DNA of 64,000 nucleotides from Bdellovibrionales bacterium (GTDB taxonomy: Bacteria; Bdellovibrionota; UBA1018; CAIMNF01), in assembly GCA_947372355.1 (NCBI GenBank), contig CANBTI010000001.1, positions 18,296 through 82,295 on the forward strand. The letters run 5' to 3'. Under the pieces are notes generated by a model that did not search any database, had not been told where the DNA came from, and worked only from the letters and a program-made list of their open reading frames with translations. The translations under genes and the position numbers were made by a program. This document shows, piece after piece, positions 50,347 to 59,654 of the stretch. The first letter of the stretch is position 1; every line of letters starts with the position of its first letter.

Positions 50347-51849
50347 TTATTTACCAATACAAAAATCAGAAAAAATTTTACCCAAAACATCATCAGGTAA
50401 AGTTTCACCTATTAATGCACCCAATTCACCCATTCCATGCCTAATGCCGGTAGCAAACATCACTAAATCTGAAGAATCTTTTGCTTCTCTTAAACATTTG
50501 AGCGATTTTTGTATCGCTTGAAGATGTTCAATTTGTGTAATCACCACTTCCCCCGGAGCTCGCTCAAGGAGTGTTTCTGCGATTGAAGCCATTTTTTCTG
50601 CTACTGGGGTAATTCCTTCTAAAGTGACTGATGAAATCCATGTCCAGTTACTGACTTCCGGAAATTCTTTTATTAATTGTTCTGTTATTAAATTTTGGTT
50701 TTTTGTTTCAACTTTATCTTTTTTCGTGATCACACCTAAAAAGTTTTTGTCTTTAACTGAATTTAAAAATGTTCTGATCTGATTTAGATTAGGATCGATA
50801 CCGTCTACTACGACTAAAACTAGATCAGATTTTTGGGCTGCTTGAATGGTGCGTTCAATACCTATTTGTTCGATTTTGTCAGCATCATGATTTACGACCA
50901 CACCCCTAAGGCCCGCGGTATCTGAAAGACGGAATGTAACATAACCTTTTTTTCCATGTAAATTCAGCTTTTCACGAACCACATCTCGAGTTGTGCCGGC
51001 AATGTCTGAAACAATGGATCGATCTTCGCCTAAAAGAGCATTAAAAAAAGAAGATTTTCCTGCATTAGGTAATCCGAATAAACTTACTGGAACTCCATCA
51101 GTAAACTTTTTTCCTCGATCAAAGCTTCCATTTAATCGCTCTAGTAATAAAACAATAGAATCAAGACGTTGATTTAAACGAGGAAGACTCACTTCATCTA
51201 TATCTTGATCTGAAAAATCAATTCCAACTTCAGATAAAGTTGCAAGCTGCATGAGATCGGTACGAATTTTTTCAATCAGCTCATGTTGTGATCCAGAAAG
51301 TTTTTCTAGAGCCAGATCTAATGCAAAATCATTTTCTGCAATAATTAATTCCTTAATTGCTTCCGCTTGAGATAATTGCAATTTTCCATTTTTCACAGCC
51401 CGAAAAGAAAACTCGCCCGGTAAAGCCAATCGAACATCGTTTTCGAATAAAAGATCTAGGGTTTTTTGCGCGATGATTGGACTTCCGTGAAGAAAAAACT
51501 CTACTACATTTTCCCCTGTAAATGATTTGGGTTCAAAATAAGGAATCATGATCGCATCATCAATTTTTTTTGATTGATCACTGATCCAAATTCTTTTTGC
51601 CTTACGATCATCTGAGGGCAATAGTTCTGAATTAGAAATTTTTTCTGCTATTTTAATAGCTTGAGAACCAGAAACTCTCAAAACACACAATGCGCCACCG
51701 GTAGGTGTGCAGAGTGCAGCTATCGTTTTATTGGATAAATATCCTGCTGAATCAATATGCTTTTGCTTCTTAGGATCAGAAGCCTGTTGCAATACCTGCG
51801 GCACCCGATACTCCAAGTTTTTTGTTAAGATATTGTTGTTGAGCAACAC
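50347..51849 (-). CDS. mnmE: tRNA modification GTPase MnmE (TrmE)
   Basis: G-domain GLPNAGKSS, a TIAALCTPTGGALCVLRVSG N-domain, and the C-terminal FCIGK. The 5' end is uncertain. The ORF-track GTG start at 51849 overlaps yidC by 74 nt. Confidence 0.85.
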   Translation of the reverse strand: MLLNNNILTKNLEYRVPQVLQQASDPKKQKHIDSAGYLSNKTIAALCTPTGGALCVLRVSGSQAIKIAEKISNSELLPSDDRKAKRIWISDQSKKIDDAIMIPYFEPKSFTGENVVEFFLHGSPIIAQKTLDLLFENDVRLALPGEFSFRAVKNGKLQLSQAEAIKELIIAENDFALDLALEKLSGSQHELIEKIRTDLMQLATLSEVGIDFSDQDIDEVSLPRLNQRLDSIVLLLERLNGSFDRGKKFTDGVPVSLFGLPNAGKSSFFNALLGEDRSIVSDIAGTTRDVVREKLNLHGKKGYVTFRLSDTAGLRGVVVNHDADKIEQIGIERTIQAAQKSDLVLVVVDGIDPNLNQIRTFLNSVKDKNFLGVITKKDKVETKNQNLITEQLIKEFPEVSNWTWISSVTLEGITPVAEKMASIAETLLERAPGEVVITQIEHLQAIQKSLKCLREAKDSSDLVMFATGIRHGMGELGALIGETLPDDVLGKIFSDFCIGK

Positions 51850-53185
51850 TCACGATTGAATTCACGAGCATGTACACACATAATCCTGCTGGAGTGGTAA
51901 GCATGAAAGCTCCAAAAATAAGTGGCATAAACTTCATCATCTTTTGTTGAGCAGGATCCATTCCTGGTGATGGCGGTGTGAGTTTTTGTTGTAAAAACAT
52001 CACTAATGACATCAACACTGGTGTGATGAAATAAGGATCTTTTGCAGCAAGATCTTGCAGCCAAAAAATGAATGGTGCGTGCTTTAACTCAACCGCAGTA
52101 TCAAGTGCTCTATATAATGCGAAGAAAATCGGCATTTGAAGAAGCATTGGGAAACATCCCGCCATTGGGTTGTAACCCGACTCCTTCATTACTTTCATCA
52201 TTTCTTGATTAAAAGCCTGTTTGTCGTCCTTATGCTTTTCTTTAAGAGCATTCATTTTTGGCTGGAAATCAGCCATTTTTCTCATACTTTTCATGCTCTT
52301 CAATACGAGTGGAAAGGTAAGAAGTTTAATCAAAATAGTGAGTAAAATGATGGCTACACCATAGTTACCAACATATTTGTAAATGAATTTTAGAGTCCAA
52401 AGAATGGGATAAGCTAAAAAAGCAAAGAAACCCAAATCAACTGTTGTATCTAATGATTTTTCAATGGAGCGAAGAAGGTCTAGGTGTTTTGGAGCAAAAA
52501 CAGCTTTAAACTTTAAGCTCAATTGATTGTTGCTCACTGGATACTGCAATGATGCCTGAACATTCTCTTGTGCTGTTTTTTCTAAAAGAACTTTTTGGGG
52601 TGTTGTTTCAGGAATAACGGTAAATACAAAATAATGACTTCCGGCACCCACCCATTTTACTGGCGTACCAACACTAATGGCATCAATGCTTTTGTTCACC
52701 AAGTGGCGTTCAATTTTACTATCAGTAAAATAAAAAATTTCACGGTAGCGAGCTTCGGGATCGTCTTTATATCCATGGGAAACTACATTTAAAAATGCAC
52801 TTTCTGGTGCTTTTTCTTTAAACTGAACAAATACACTGATATCAGCAACGTGATCATGGATATCATAAACACGCTTATACAGTACTTTACTGTCTTCAAA
52901 CGACCATTCAAAAACATTATTTCCAAGTGATTTAAATTGAGTAGCAGCCTGTTGGTTAAGGTAAGCGTAATCCGCACCTGAAAAAGTAAGCAGTAATGAA
53001 CTTTCGTAACCAGTGATGGTTTTTAAATCTACGTTTTCTTTTTGGTCATTCATCGCCCAATTACGAATCCAAAATGAACCTGAATCAACATTCAATGAAG
53101 AGCTAGGAAGATTTACTATTTCAGCAAATGAAGCGGGATTAAAAAAAGAAAATAACAATGTGGCTCTTAGAATAATTTTTTTCAT
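51776..53185 (-). CDS. yidC: Membrane protein insertase YidC
   Basis: Periplasmic domain plus five TM helices. Conserved GNYGVAIILLTILIKLLTFPL. Confidence 0.9.
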   Translation of the reverse strand: MKKIILRATLLFSFFNPASFAEIVNLPSSSLNVDSGSFWIRNWAMNDQKENVDLKTITGYESSLLLTFSGADYAYLNQQAATQFKSLGNNVFEWSFEDSKVLYKRVYDIHDHVADISVFVQFKEKAPESAFLNVVSHGYKDDPEARYREIFYFTDSKIERHLVNKSIDAISVGTPVKWVGAGSHYFVFTVIPETTPQKVLLEKTAQENVQASLQYPVSNNQLSLKFKAVFAPKHLDLLRSIEKSLDTTVDLGFFAFLAYPILWTLKFIYKYVGNYGVAIILLTILIKLLTFPLVLKSMKSMRKMADFQPKMNALKEKHKDDKQAFNQEMMKVMKESGYNPMAGCFPMLLQMPIFFALYRALDTAVELKHAPFIFWLQDLAAKDPYFITPVLMSLVMFLQQKLTPPSPGMDPAQQKMMKFMPLIFGAFMLTTPAGLCVYMLVNSIVSVAQQQYLNKKLGVSGAAGIATGF

Positions 53186-53412
53186 ACAGGATCATAACCT
53201 CCAGATCGGGAAAACGGATGACAACGTAAAACTCTTAAAATTGTTTTAAAACTTCCTTGAACAATCCCATACTTCTCAATCGATTGTTCGCAATAACAAG
53301 AACAGGTTGGCTCAAACTTGCAGCCAGAGTAAGGATTACCACTGATTGTTCGTGAAAAACCATGAAGAAGTGGAGATAAAACACGATGGTATAACTTAAG
53401 AATGATTTTCAT
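53182..53412 (-). CDS. yidD: Membrane protein insertion efficiency factor YidD
   Basis: GCKFEPTCSCYCEQSIEKYG ... HPFSRSGGYDPV is the canonical DUF37 pattern. Confidence 0.85.
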   Translation of the reverse strand: MKIILKLYHRVLSPLLHGFSRTISGNPYSGCKFEPTCSCYCEQSIEKYGIVQGSFKTILRVLRCHPFSRSGGYDPV

Positions 53413-53735
53413 GCAGGTAAGAGCTTTTCTAATGTTGCTCTAACTTGACTACCTGTGCGGAAATTAACTTTCACATAACCAGGTACAACAATATTATAAT
53501 CTGCTGGTTTAAAAGTTAATTGATGAAGTCTAAAGTGTTCTCTAATTTGTCTTTTGATTTTATTGCGTAAAACACTATTTGTTTTTGCTTTAACCGTAAC
53601 ACCAATGCGGGCAAAACCTAATGAGTTGGGAATGCGAAAAATTACGCAATTCTCCAATTTCTTTACATTGCTTTGATGAAAGAATTTTAAATACTCTTGT
53701 CTCTTTCGAACGCGAACGTTCTTGGGAAACTTCAT
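53409..53735 (-). CDS. rnpA: RNase P protein component
   Basis: RNR-like motif RNKIKRQIRE. Position between rpmH and yidD. Confidence 0.85.
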   Translation of the reverse strand: MKFPKNVRVRKRQEYLKFFHQSNVKKLENCVIFRIPNSLGFARIGVTVKAKTNSVLRNKIKRQIREHFRLHQLTFKPADYNIVVPGYVKVNFRTGSQVRATLEKLLPA

Positions 53736-53768
53736 TGATAAAGCCTTCTGTGAGAAAGTTTAAACCGA

Positions 53769-53918
53769 TTATTTACCAGCAACAGTAGGAACGAGGCGTT
53801 TACGGCCGCGAGCACGACGACGAGCTAATATTTTTTTTCCACCGGCAGTCGCTAAACGAGTGCGGAAGCCATGGGTGTTAGTTCTCTTCTTACGAGATGG
53901 TTGATACGTACGTTTCAT
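53769..53918 (-). CDS. rpmH: 50S ribosomal protein L34
   Basis: Manually translated (below the ORF-track size cutoff): [49 protein letters not shown]. Confidence 0.9.
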   Translation of the reverse strand: MKRTYQPSRKKRTNTHGFRTRLATAGGKKILARRRARGRKRLVPTVAGK

Positions 53919-54002
53919 AGTCGTAATGACTTATCGGATAAGTGGCCTCATTGTCAATCCCACAAGTTCATGTTAGTTAAGTACGTCGCAGGTAGTATAA
54001 CC

Positions 54003-55466
54003 ATGAATGATTTAAATCTTTGGGCAACAGCATATCGTCAGATTCTCCAAAACCACGCAAATCCAACCGAAATGAAGTTTTGGCTTGATGCGTTAAATTG
54101 GGGTAAGCTCGAACCTATGGCTTCTGGTAAGGTGCATATATTTCTCACAGCACCCAGCGTATTTTATGCAAACTTTATTAATCAACAATTTAAGGCCGAA
54201 ATCGAGAGCGCTACCTCTCAAATTTTAGGTAAATCCTGTGAAGTTTCAATCGCCGTATTAGAATCTAAGCCCGCTGAAGAAGTAGAAGAAGCAATTATAT
54301 CTATCAGTAATACTTCAGTAAATAACACTTTTGAAAACCCTTTGTCTCCACCTACCGCTTCTGATTTTACTCCAGCAATGGCTCAATCTAATCAAAGTTC
54401 CCCTTCTCCAGGTTTTGTGAATCGTGGATCTCATAAATCAAATGTAATCATTAATGATTTTTTAGACCCAACTTTAACCTTTGATAACTACATCATGGGG
54501 CCTTCAAATCAATTTGCTTATGCATCCGCTTTTTCAACTTCAGAAAAACCAGCCGTTCAATACAATCCACTTTTTATTTATGGCCCTCCAGGAGTTGGAA
54601 AAACCCATCTATTGCATGCTTTAGGTAATCAAATAAAAAAGAAAAATCCTCATATTCGGGCTTATTTTGTTTCGGCTGAAAAATTTGTGAACGAATTTAT
54701 CGAAAGCATACAACATAAAAATCCAGGCGATTTTAGGGCTAAATACCGCGATAATGTTGATCTTCTTCTCATCGACGATATTCAATTTATCGTGGGTAAG
54801 GATCGTTCAGAAGAAGAGTTTATCCATACCTTCAATACATTACACAGTCTTAAAAAAATGATTGTTCTTACTTCTGATAAAGCGCCAAAAGACATCGATG
54901 GTTTAGAGGACCGAATTCGTACTCGTTTTGAAATGGGACTGGTTGCTGATATTCGCCCGCCAGAAATTGAAACTCGCATTGCAATTTTAAAAGCAAAAGC
55001 GGAAGCAGACGACATGTATTTGCCAGATGATGTTGCAACATTTTTAGGTACCTATGTAAAAGATACGGTCAGAAACCTTCATGGTGCTTTAGTAAAGCTT
55101 CAACAATATGCTTCACTCACAGGCTCAGAAATAACTTTAGATTTAGCTAAGCAAGTTTTACAAAACTCCATTCCTGAAGAAGGACAAGAATACACAGTTG
55201 AAATAATACTCAATGCTGTTTGTAAGCACTTTAATCTTAAGATGAAAGAACTAAAGGGAACATCCAGAGCAAAACAGTTTTCTATGCCTCGCCAAATTGC
55301 CATGTATCTGATTAGAAAATACGCAAATTTAGGATTTAGAGAAGTAAGTCAGATTTTTGACAAAGATCACTCCACCGCAGTTCATGCTTATCAAAAAATC
55401 GAACTGGAGATGGAATCTGACCCTGAACTAAAGAGAAATGTGGAAACCATTAGAGAGCAGCTGTAA
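54003..55466 (+). CDS. dnaA: Chromosomal replication initiator DnaA
   Basis: AAA+ Walker A GPPGVGKTHLLHA, sensor motifs, and a C-terminal DNA-binding domain. Start taken at MNDLNLW. The ORF-track N-terminal extension runs antisense through rpmH and is rejected. Confidence 0.9.
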   Translation: MNDLNLWATAYRQILQNHANPTEMKFWLDALNWGKLEPMASGKVHIFLTAPSVFYANFINQQFKAEIESATSQILGKSCEVSIAVLESKPAEEVEEAIISISNTSVNNTFENPLSPPTASDFTPAMAQSNQSSPSPGFVNRGSHKSNVIINDFLDPTLTFDNYIMGPSNQFAYASAFSTSEKPAVQYNPLFIYGPPGVGKTHLLHALGNQIKKKNPHIRAYFVSAEKFVNEFIESIQHKNPGDFRAKYRDNVDLLLIDDIQFIVGKDRSEEEFIHTFNTLHSLKKMIVLTSDKAPKDIDGLEDRIRTRFEMGLVADIRPPEIETRIAILKAKAEADDMYLPDDVATFLGTYVKDTVRNLHGALVKLQQYASLTGSEITLDLAKQVLQNSIPEEGQEYTVEIILNAVCKHFNLKMKELKGTSRAKQFSMPRQIAMYLIRKYANLGFREVSQIFDKDHSTAVHAYQKIELEMESDPELKRNVETIREQL

Positions 55467-55596
55467 AAAGCGTCAAATTAGCCACATTAATCAAATAAAC
55501 TATAATAAAATAAAATAATTTCATTTAAATTTCTTACAAAACGTAAGAACCTATTATTAGGCCTGGGGCGCAAGGATGCTTCACGGGAGGATAATT

Positions 55597-58500
55597 TTGG
55601 TTTCAAGGATGAAGATTTTTAAAAAAGTTTCTACACTTTTCTCAGTGTTATTCATAACTCTGAGCCCTTCTACGTCCTTTGCTAACTGGACACGTTATCA
55701 AAATTATAAAATAAAATTAGACGTTCCAACAGGCTGGAAAATTGAGCGTGATCTTTTTGGAATGCCAATTACCGTATTGGGTCCTGAAAGAAATGGAGAG
55801 CGTGCAGTACTGAGTGTTCAGCACACCCCCGTTTTTGGTTTAGAATTTAATCATCAAAATATAGTTAAAACTAAAAATCAATACTATGAAGGAAGAAAAA
55901 AATGGGTTGATTCACTTGAAGACGCTTCTTTTTTAAGTGAAATTCCATACCAACACATAAAGCAAGAAAATGGGAACGACGGCTTTGAAATGGGTTTTAG
56001 ATACCATGTCAGAAACCTCGACTTAGAAGAAAAAAGTATTCAATTGAATTGTGGAAATCGACTTTTTTTAATTAAAACTCTTTCAAGCAATAAAATTCCT
56101 GAAGCAGATACCGCTCAATTAGCAAAATTAGTGAATGAGTTAGATTGCGTTTCTACCACTTCAAAAGATGGCGCTTATGAACCAAGCGTTCTTCAAGATT
56201 TTGATCGTAAATTTAAGGATCAAATATCTGGAACTTCACCTTGGCCTACAAAAGAGCAAATTAAAGATTCTGGCACACCTGAAAAAGCAGTCATGCTTGA
56301 AGCATTGGTAGAGTTCTATAAAAATTACGAAAATTCTGGAGGAGAAGATTCTTATTCATACAATCGTAATCCAGTTAAAGATCAATATTTTGCAAAAATT
56401 AAAGATAGAACAGATCAAATTTTTTCAATCTTCTTATCTAAAGCGTCTGCAAAAGATGGTTATGATTGTTTTTTTGGTGGTTGGCCAAGTAAATTTATAA
56501 AAAAGAATGGTGTAGCTACCTGTGGTTATCCATGGGAAACAAATTCAGATTATTCAAAAAACAATTCTGGCTGTGGAGAAGGAAAACTAGGCTGTAACCC
56601 TTCTCTATTTGGATCAAATATTTGTGTTGATGTAAGCAATAGCGGCGAACGATCACATGCTACTCTTTCTTGCGAAATGGGTTTTCGCTCTAGTGGTAAA
56701 AGTTACGAAGATGTTGTTAAATCAGCTGATTTTGATCAATCCGTTCTAAATAACACTCTAAACTCAGCAAAAGAAGTGTGCAGTCAGGAACCATATACCT
56801 CAGCAAATTATGGTTTATGTTCAACCCTTAAAGAAAAATTAGGAATCAGTATCTCATCCGGAAAACATGCTCAAGATGAATCCGATGTAAAATTTATTAA
56901 TGGCATGGAAGAAATGAAGCCAGAAAATTTTGATGAATATGTAAAGGCTACAGAAAAAAACTATAAAGAATTTGAAGCTCGATGCATCGACGAAAAGGGT
57001 GATCTTAAAACAAATGTTGAAGGATGTTTAGAGGATCATTTAGCCATTTTAAATGACTTAGAAAAAATTGATAAAAGATCAAAAGATATTGGGCAAGAAT
57101 TACAAGAAGAAGATGCACCAAACTCAATCAATAATGGAAATTGTTCAAAGGCAGACTGTAGTTCACCCACTGTTGAAAGTGTTCAACCTAAAAAGGATGA
57201 ACCATCAAATGGTAAGTGTTCAGTTCAAGAGGAAAAAAGAAAAAAAGAAAAAGAATGTAATTGGTCTAAGGGTATGTTCATGGCAGGAAGTTGTGCTTGG
57301 AATGTAATCACTTCAATGGTGAGTTCATTGTGGGGAACAATCAAAGCAATAGGTGAGCTTGCGTGGGATGGTGTGAAGTGGGTTGGGAATAAATCTGTTC
57401 AGGGTGCCAAATGGCTTGCTAGTTTGGTTGGTTATGAAGATGAATCATCTAAAAAATTAAATACAGCTGCACAAACGAGTAATAGCGCAATTGAATCTTT
57501 CAAAAAAGATCCAATGGGATCTGCTATCAATTTTTTCAAAAGTATCTATGATGGTGTTGTAAATTTTGTTTCTACTGATGTTGCCTGCGAAAAATGGTCT
57601 GGCGTTCCACACAATTCAACATGTTTATTGCCTGCAAGTGGTTGGAAATGTATGCCTTGCATGGATCGAATGGATACCGTTTGTTCAACAGTAGGATATG
57701 TTGCGGCTGAATTTCTACCTGCTTTCTTCACCGGTGGAGCAACTTCTGCTTTAAAAGGATCTGCAATCGCTGCAAAAGTAGGTGGATATCTTGGTAAAGT
57801 GAGTAAGCTGGGGAAACTCACTCGACTAGAAGCTGATATTATAAAACTTACGAGTAAAGCAACTAAAGTAGAAAGATACGGCTTAAGAGCAGCTAAATAT
57901 GAATCAGAAGTTTTAAAAGCAGAAATCGGTATTGCTGGAAATTTAAGTAAAACACAAAAAATTATTGGAAAAGTTTATAATGTAAGCCGCTGGCCAGTTA
58001 AACAATTCAATAAAATAAAGAGTGCATATACCCGTGCAAAAAATGTATTAACTGGGTTTAAATCTAAGGCCTTTGGTTCTGTTAAAAATACAATTGAAGG
58101 ATTACAGAGACTACGAAAAAAATATTATGTTGTTAAAGCTGGTTCATGGGTAGTTGAAAACACTGTTGTTCAACCATTAAAATTAGCAGCAAAAATAGCA
58201 ACCGCTCCTATTCGTTATCCAATGAGATGGACAAATAGTTATGTCAGGACACAAGCGAAGATATATAAGGTAGGACTAAGATTTGGAGAAAAAAGATTTA
58301 ATGATGTGTTGGTAAAATCAGCAAGCATGAGTAAGTATCCAACCTTAGCTAAAAACATAGCTTTATATAGCTCTATTTCTAAATATCCTGCATTTGGCTC
58401 TCATATGTTGGATGAGTTTAGAGAAAGACTCAGCATGAAAGATGATAACAATCCAAATATGTTTTGGAAATCATCCCATGAAATTGAAGTACAAGCTAAA

Positions 58501-59121
58501 CTTGATGGTAAAAATCCTGAGGAAGTAAAATCAATTCTAAAGAAAAACAGGATCGATTTAATGACTAATACAATCGTTATGGATGCCTTAAATGCGGGTA
58601 AAGATCCAAAAGAAGTGGATTTAAAATACCTTTCAAAAATTAGAGGGATTTCCAATGAAGAAATTCGTGTGGAATCAATCGATTCAAGACTTCAAGCAAT
58701 TGCCAATGGAACTTTGCCAACTTTCACTCAAAGTGATTATGATGCAATAGCAAAAATTAATAAGATCAGTTCAACAGAAGCAAAAAATCAAATTCAAAAT
58801 GAAGTTAAAATTCAAGTTGCTTCATCAAAGGTAATCAATCTTTTGAATGAGGGTAAAAAACCAGAAGATGAGGCATTGAAAAATCTAGCATCACTCAAAA
58901 AAGTGAACGTTGATGAACTGGTAATTGAATCCATTGATTATAGAATTAATTCTGTATTGGGCGGAGTAAAACCAAAGTTTTCTAGTTTTGATTATGAAAC
59001 ATGGGCAAGAGTAAATCATGTCTCTATTGAAGAGGCTAAAAAGTATATCGATTCTGAAGTGCAGGATTCATTAAATATGATTTCTGATCCTTCATCAACT
59101 AATGGAGCAAAAACGCAATGA
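55597..59121 (+). CDS. Large secreted Cys-rich hypothetical protein (cassette gene A, about 1175 aa)
   Basis: Probable TTG start at 55597, 6 nt after the SD GGGAGGA. Signal peptide ...LFITLSPSTSFA. The N-terminal domain carries a DVPTGWK motif. The middle is cysteine-rich. The C-terminus carries two tandem repeats of about 70 aa. Confidence 0.55.
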   Translation: MVSRMKIFKKVSTLFSVLFITLSPSTSFANWTRYQNYKIKLDVPTGWKIERDLFGMPITVLGPERNGERAVLSVQHTPVFGLEFNHQNIVKTKNQYYEGRKKWVDSLEDASFLSEIPYQHIKQENGNDGFEMGFRYHVRNLDLEEKSIQLNCGNRLFLIKTLSSNKIPEADTAQLAKLVNELDCVSTTSKDGAYEPSVLQDFDRKFKDQISGTSPWPTKEQIKDSGTPEKAVMLEALVEFYKNYENSGGEDSYSYNRNPVKDQYFAKIKDRTDQIFSIFLSKASAKDGYDCFFGGWPSKFIKKNGVATCGYPWETNSDYSKNNSGCGEGKLGCNPSLFGSNICVDVSNSGERSHATLSCEMGFRSSGKSYEDVVKSADFDQSVLNNTLNSAKEVCSQEPYTSANYGLCSTLKEKLGISISSGKHAQDESDVKFINGMEEMKPENFDEYVKATEKNYKEFEARCIDEKGDLKTNVEGCLEDHLAILNDLEKIDKRSKDIGQELQEEDAPNSINNGNCSKADCSSPTVESVQPKKDEPSNGKCSVQEEKRKKEKECNWSKGMFMAGSCAWNVITSMVSSLWGTIKAIGELAWDGVKWVGNKSVQGAKWLASLVGYEDESSKKLNTAAQTSNSAIESFKKDPMGSAINFFKSIYDGVVNFVSTDVACEKWSGVPHNSTCLLPASGWKCMPCMDRMDTVCSTVGYVAAEFLPAFFTGGATSALKGSAIAAKVGGYLGKVSKLGKLTRLEADIIKLTSKATKVERYGLRAAKYESEVLKAEIGIAGNLSKTQKIIGKVYNVSRWPVKQFNKIKSAYTRAKNVLTGFKSKAFGSVKNTIEGLQRLRKKYYVVKAGSWVVENTVVQPLKLAAKIATAPIRYPMRWTNSYVRTQAKIYKVGLRFGEKRFNDVLVKSASMSKYPTLAKNIALYSSISKYPAFGSHMLDEFRERLSMKDDNNPNMFWKSSHEIEVQAKLDGKNPEEVKSILKKNRIDLMTNTIVMDALNAGKDPKEVDLKYLSKIRGISNEEIRVESIDSRLQAIANGTLPTFTQSDYDAIAKINKISSTEAKNQIQNEVKIQVASSKVINLLNEGKKPEDEALKNLASLKKVNVDELVIESIDYRINSVLGGVKPKFSSFDYETWARVNHVSIEEAKKYIDSEVQDSLNMISDPSSTNGAKTQ

Positions 59122-59654
59122 AAACAATACTGTCAATTTTATTAGTCATCTGTGGTGCAAAAGCATTTGGTGAATCTAAAAATTACAACATTCAAAATCA
59201 AAAAATTACGATTGATGTGCCAACAGGATGGAAAGATGTTGAAGATTTTGCTGGCAGTCCACTCACCTTTTTTGGGCCTGAAAATAAAGACGGACCAAGA
59301 ACAGTAGTAACCATTTCACCAACTGGACAAGAAGATAAAAATCATTTTTTCGCTGATATGAAAAAAAATATCGCTGGTTATAAAGTTGGACGTGAGGATT
59401 GGTTAAAAGGGAATTTTGGAACCTCCATTTCTTACGATAAATATAAGGAAGAAAAATGGACTGGGATAGAAGTAGCTCGCGAATTTGGTTATCATTACGA
59501 ACTACCAAGCGGAAAGTTTTATGAAAGATCCGTTTATGTGATGTGCGGTGGTAATAAACTTGTGTACATCAAATCATTAGTTCCAGAACAGTTTGAATCA
59601 ACTCATAATTCGTTAGTAGAAAAATCAATTAAAAGCTTAGGGTGCGCAAAATGA
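59118..59654 (+). CDS. Secreted small protein paralogous to the N-terminal domain of cassette gene A (cassette gene B)
   Basis: Signal peptide MKTILSILLVICGAKAFG. Shares DVPTGWK..GPE..C-G-N-L..IK-L...LGC blocks with residues about 40-190 of gene A. Its start overlaps the gene A stop (ATGA). Confidence 0.55.
   Translation: MKTILSILLVICGAKAFGESKNYNIQNQKITIDVPTGWKDVEDFAGSPLTFFGPENKDGPRTVVTISPTGQEDKNHFFADMKKNIAGYKVGREDWLKGNFGTSISYDKYKEEKWTGIEVAREFGYHYELPSGKFYERSVYVMCGGNKLVYIKSLVPEQFESTHNSLVEKSIKSLGCAK

Noticed and set aside
53871-54002. N-terminal extension of the dnaA ORF predicted by the ORF track
   Set aside because: It runs antisense through rpmH. The conserved DnaA N-terminus and a reasonable start (MNDLNLW, 54003) lie downstream.
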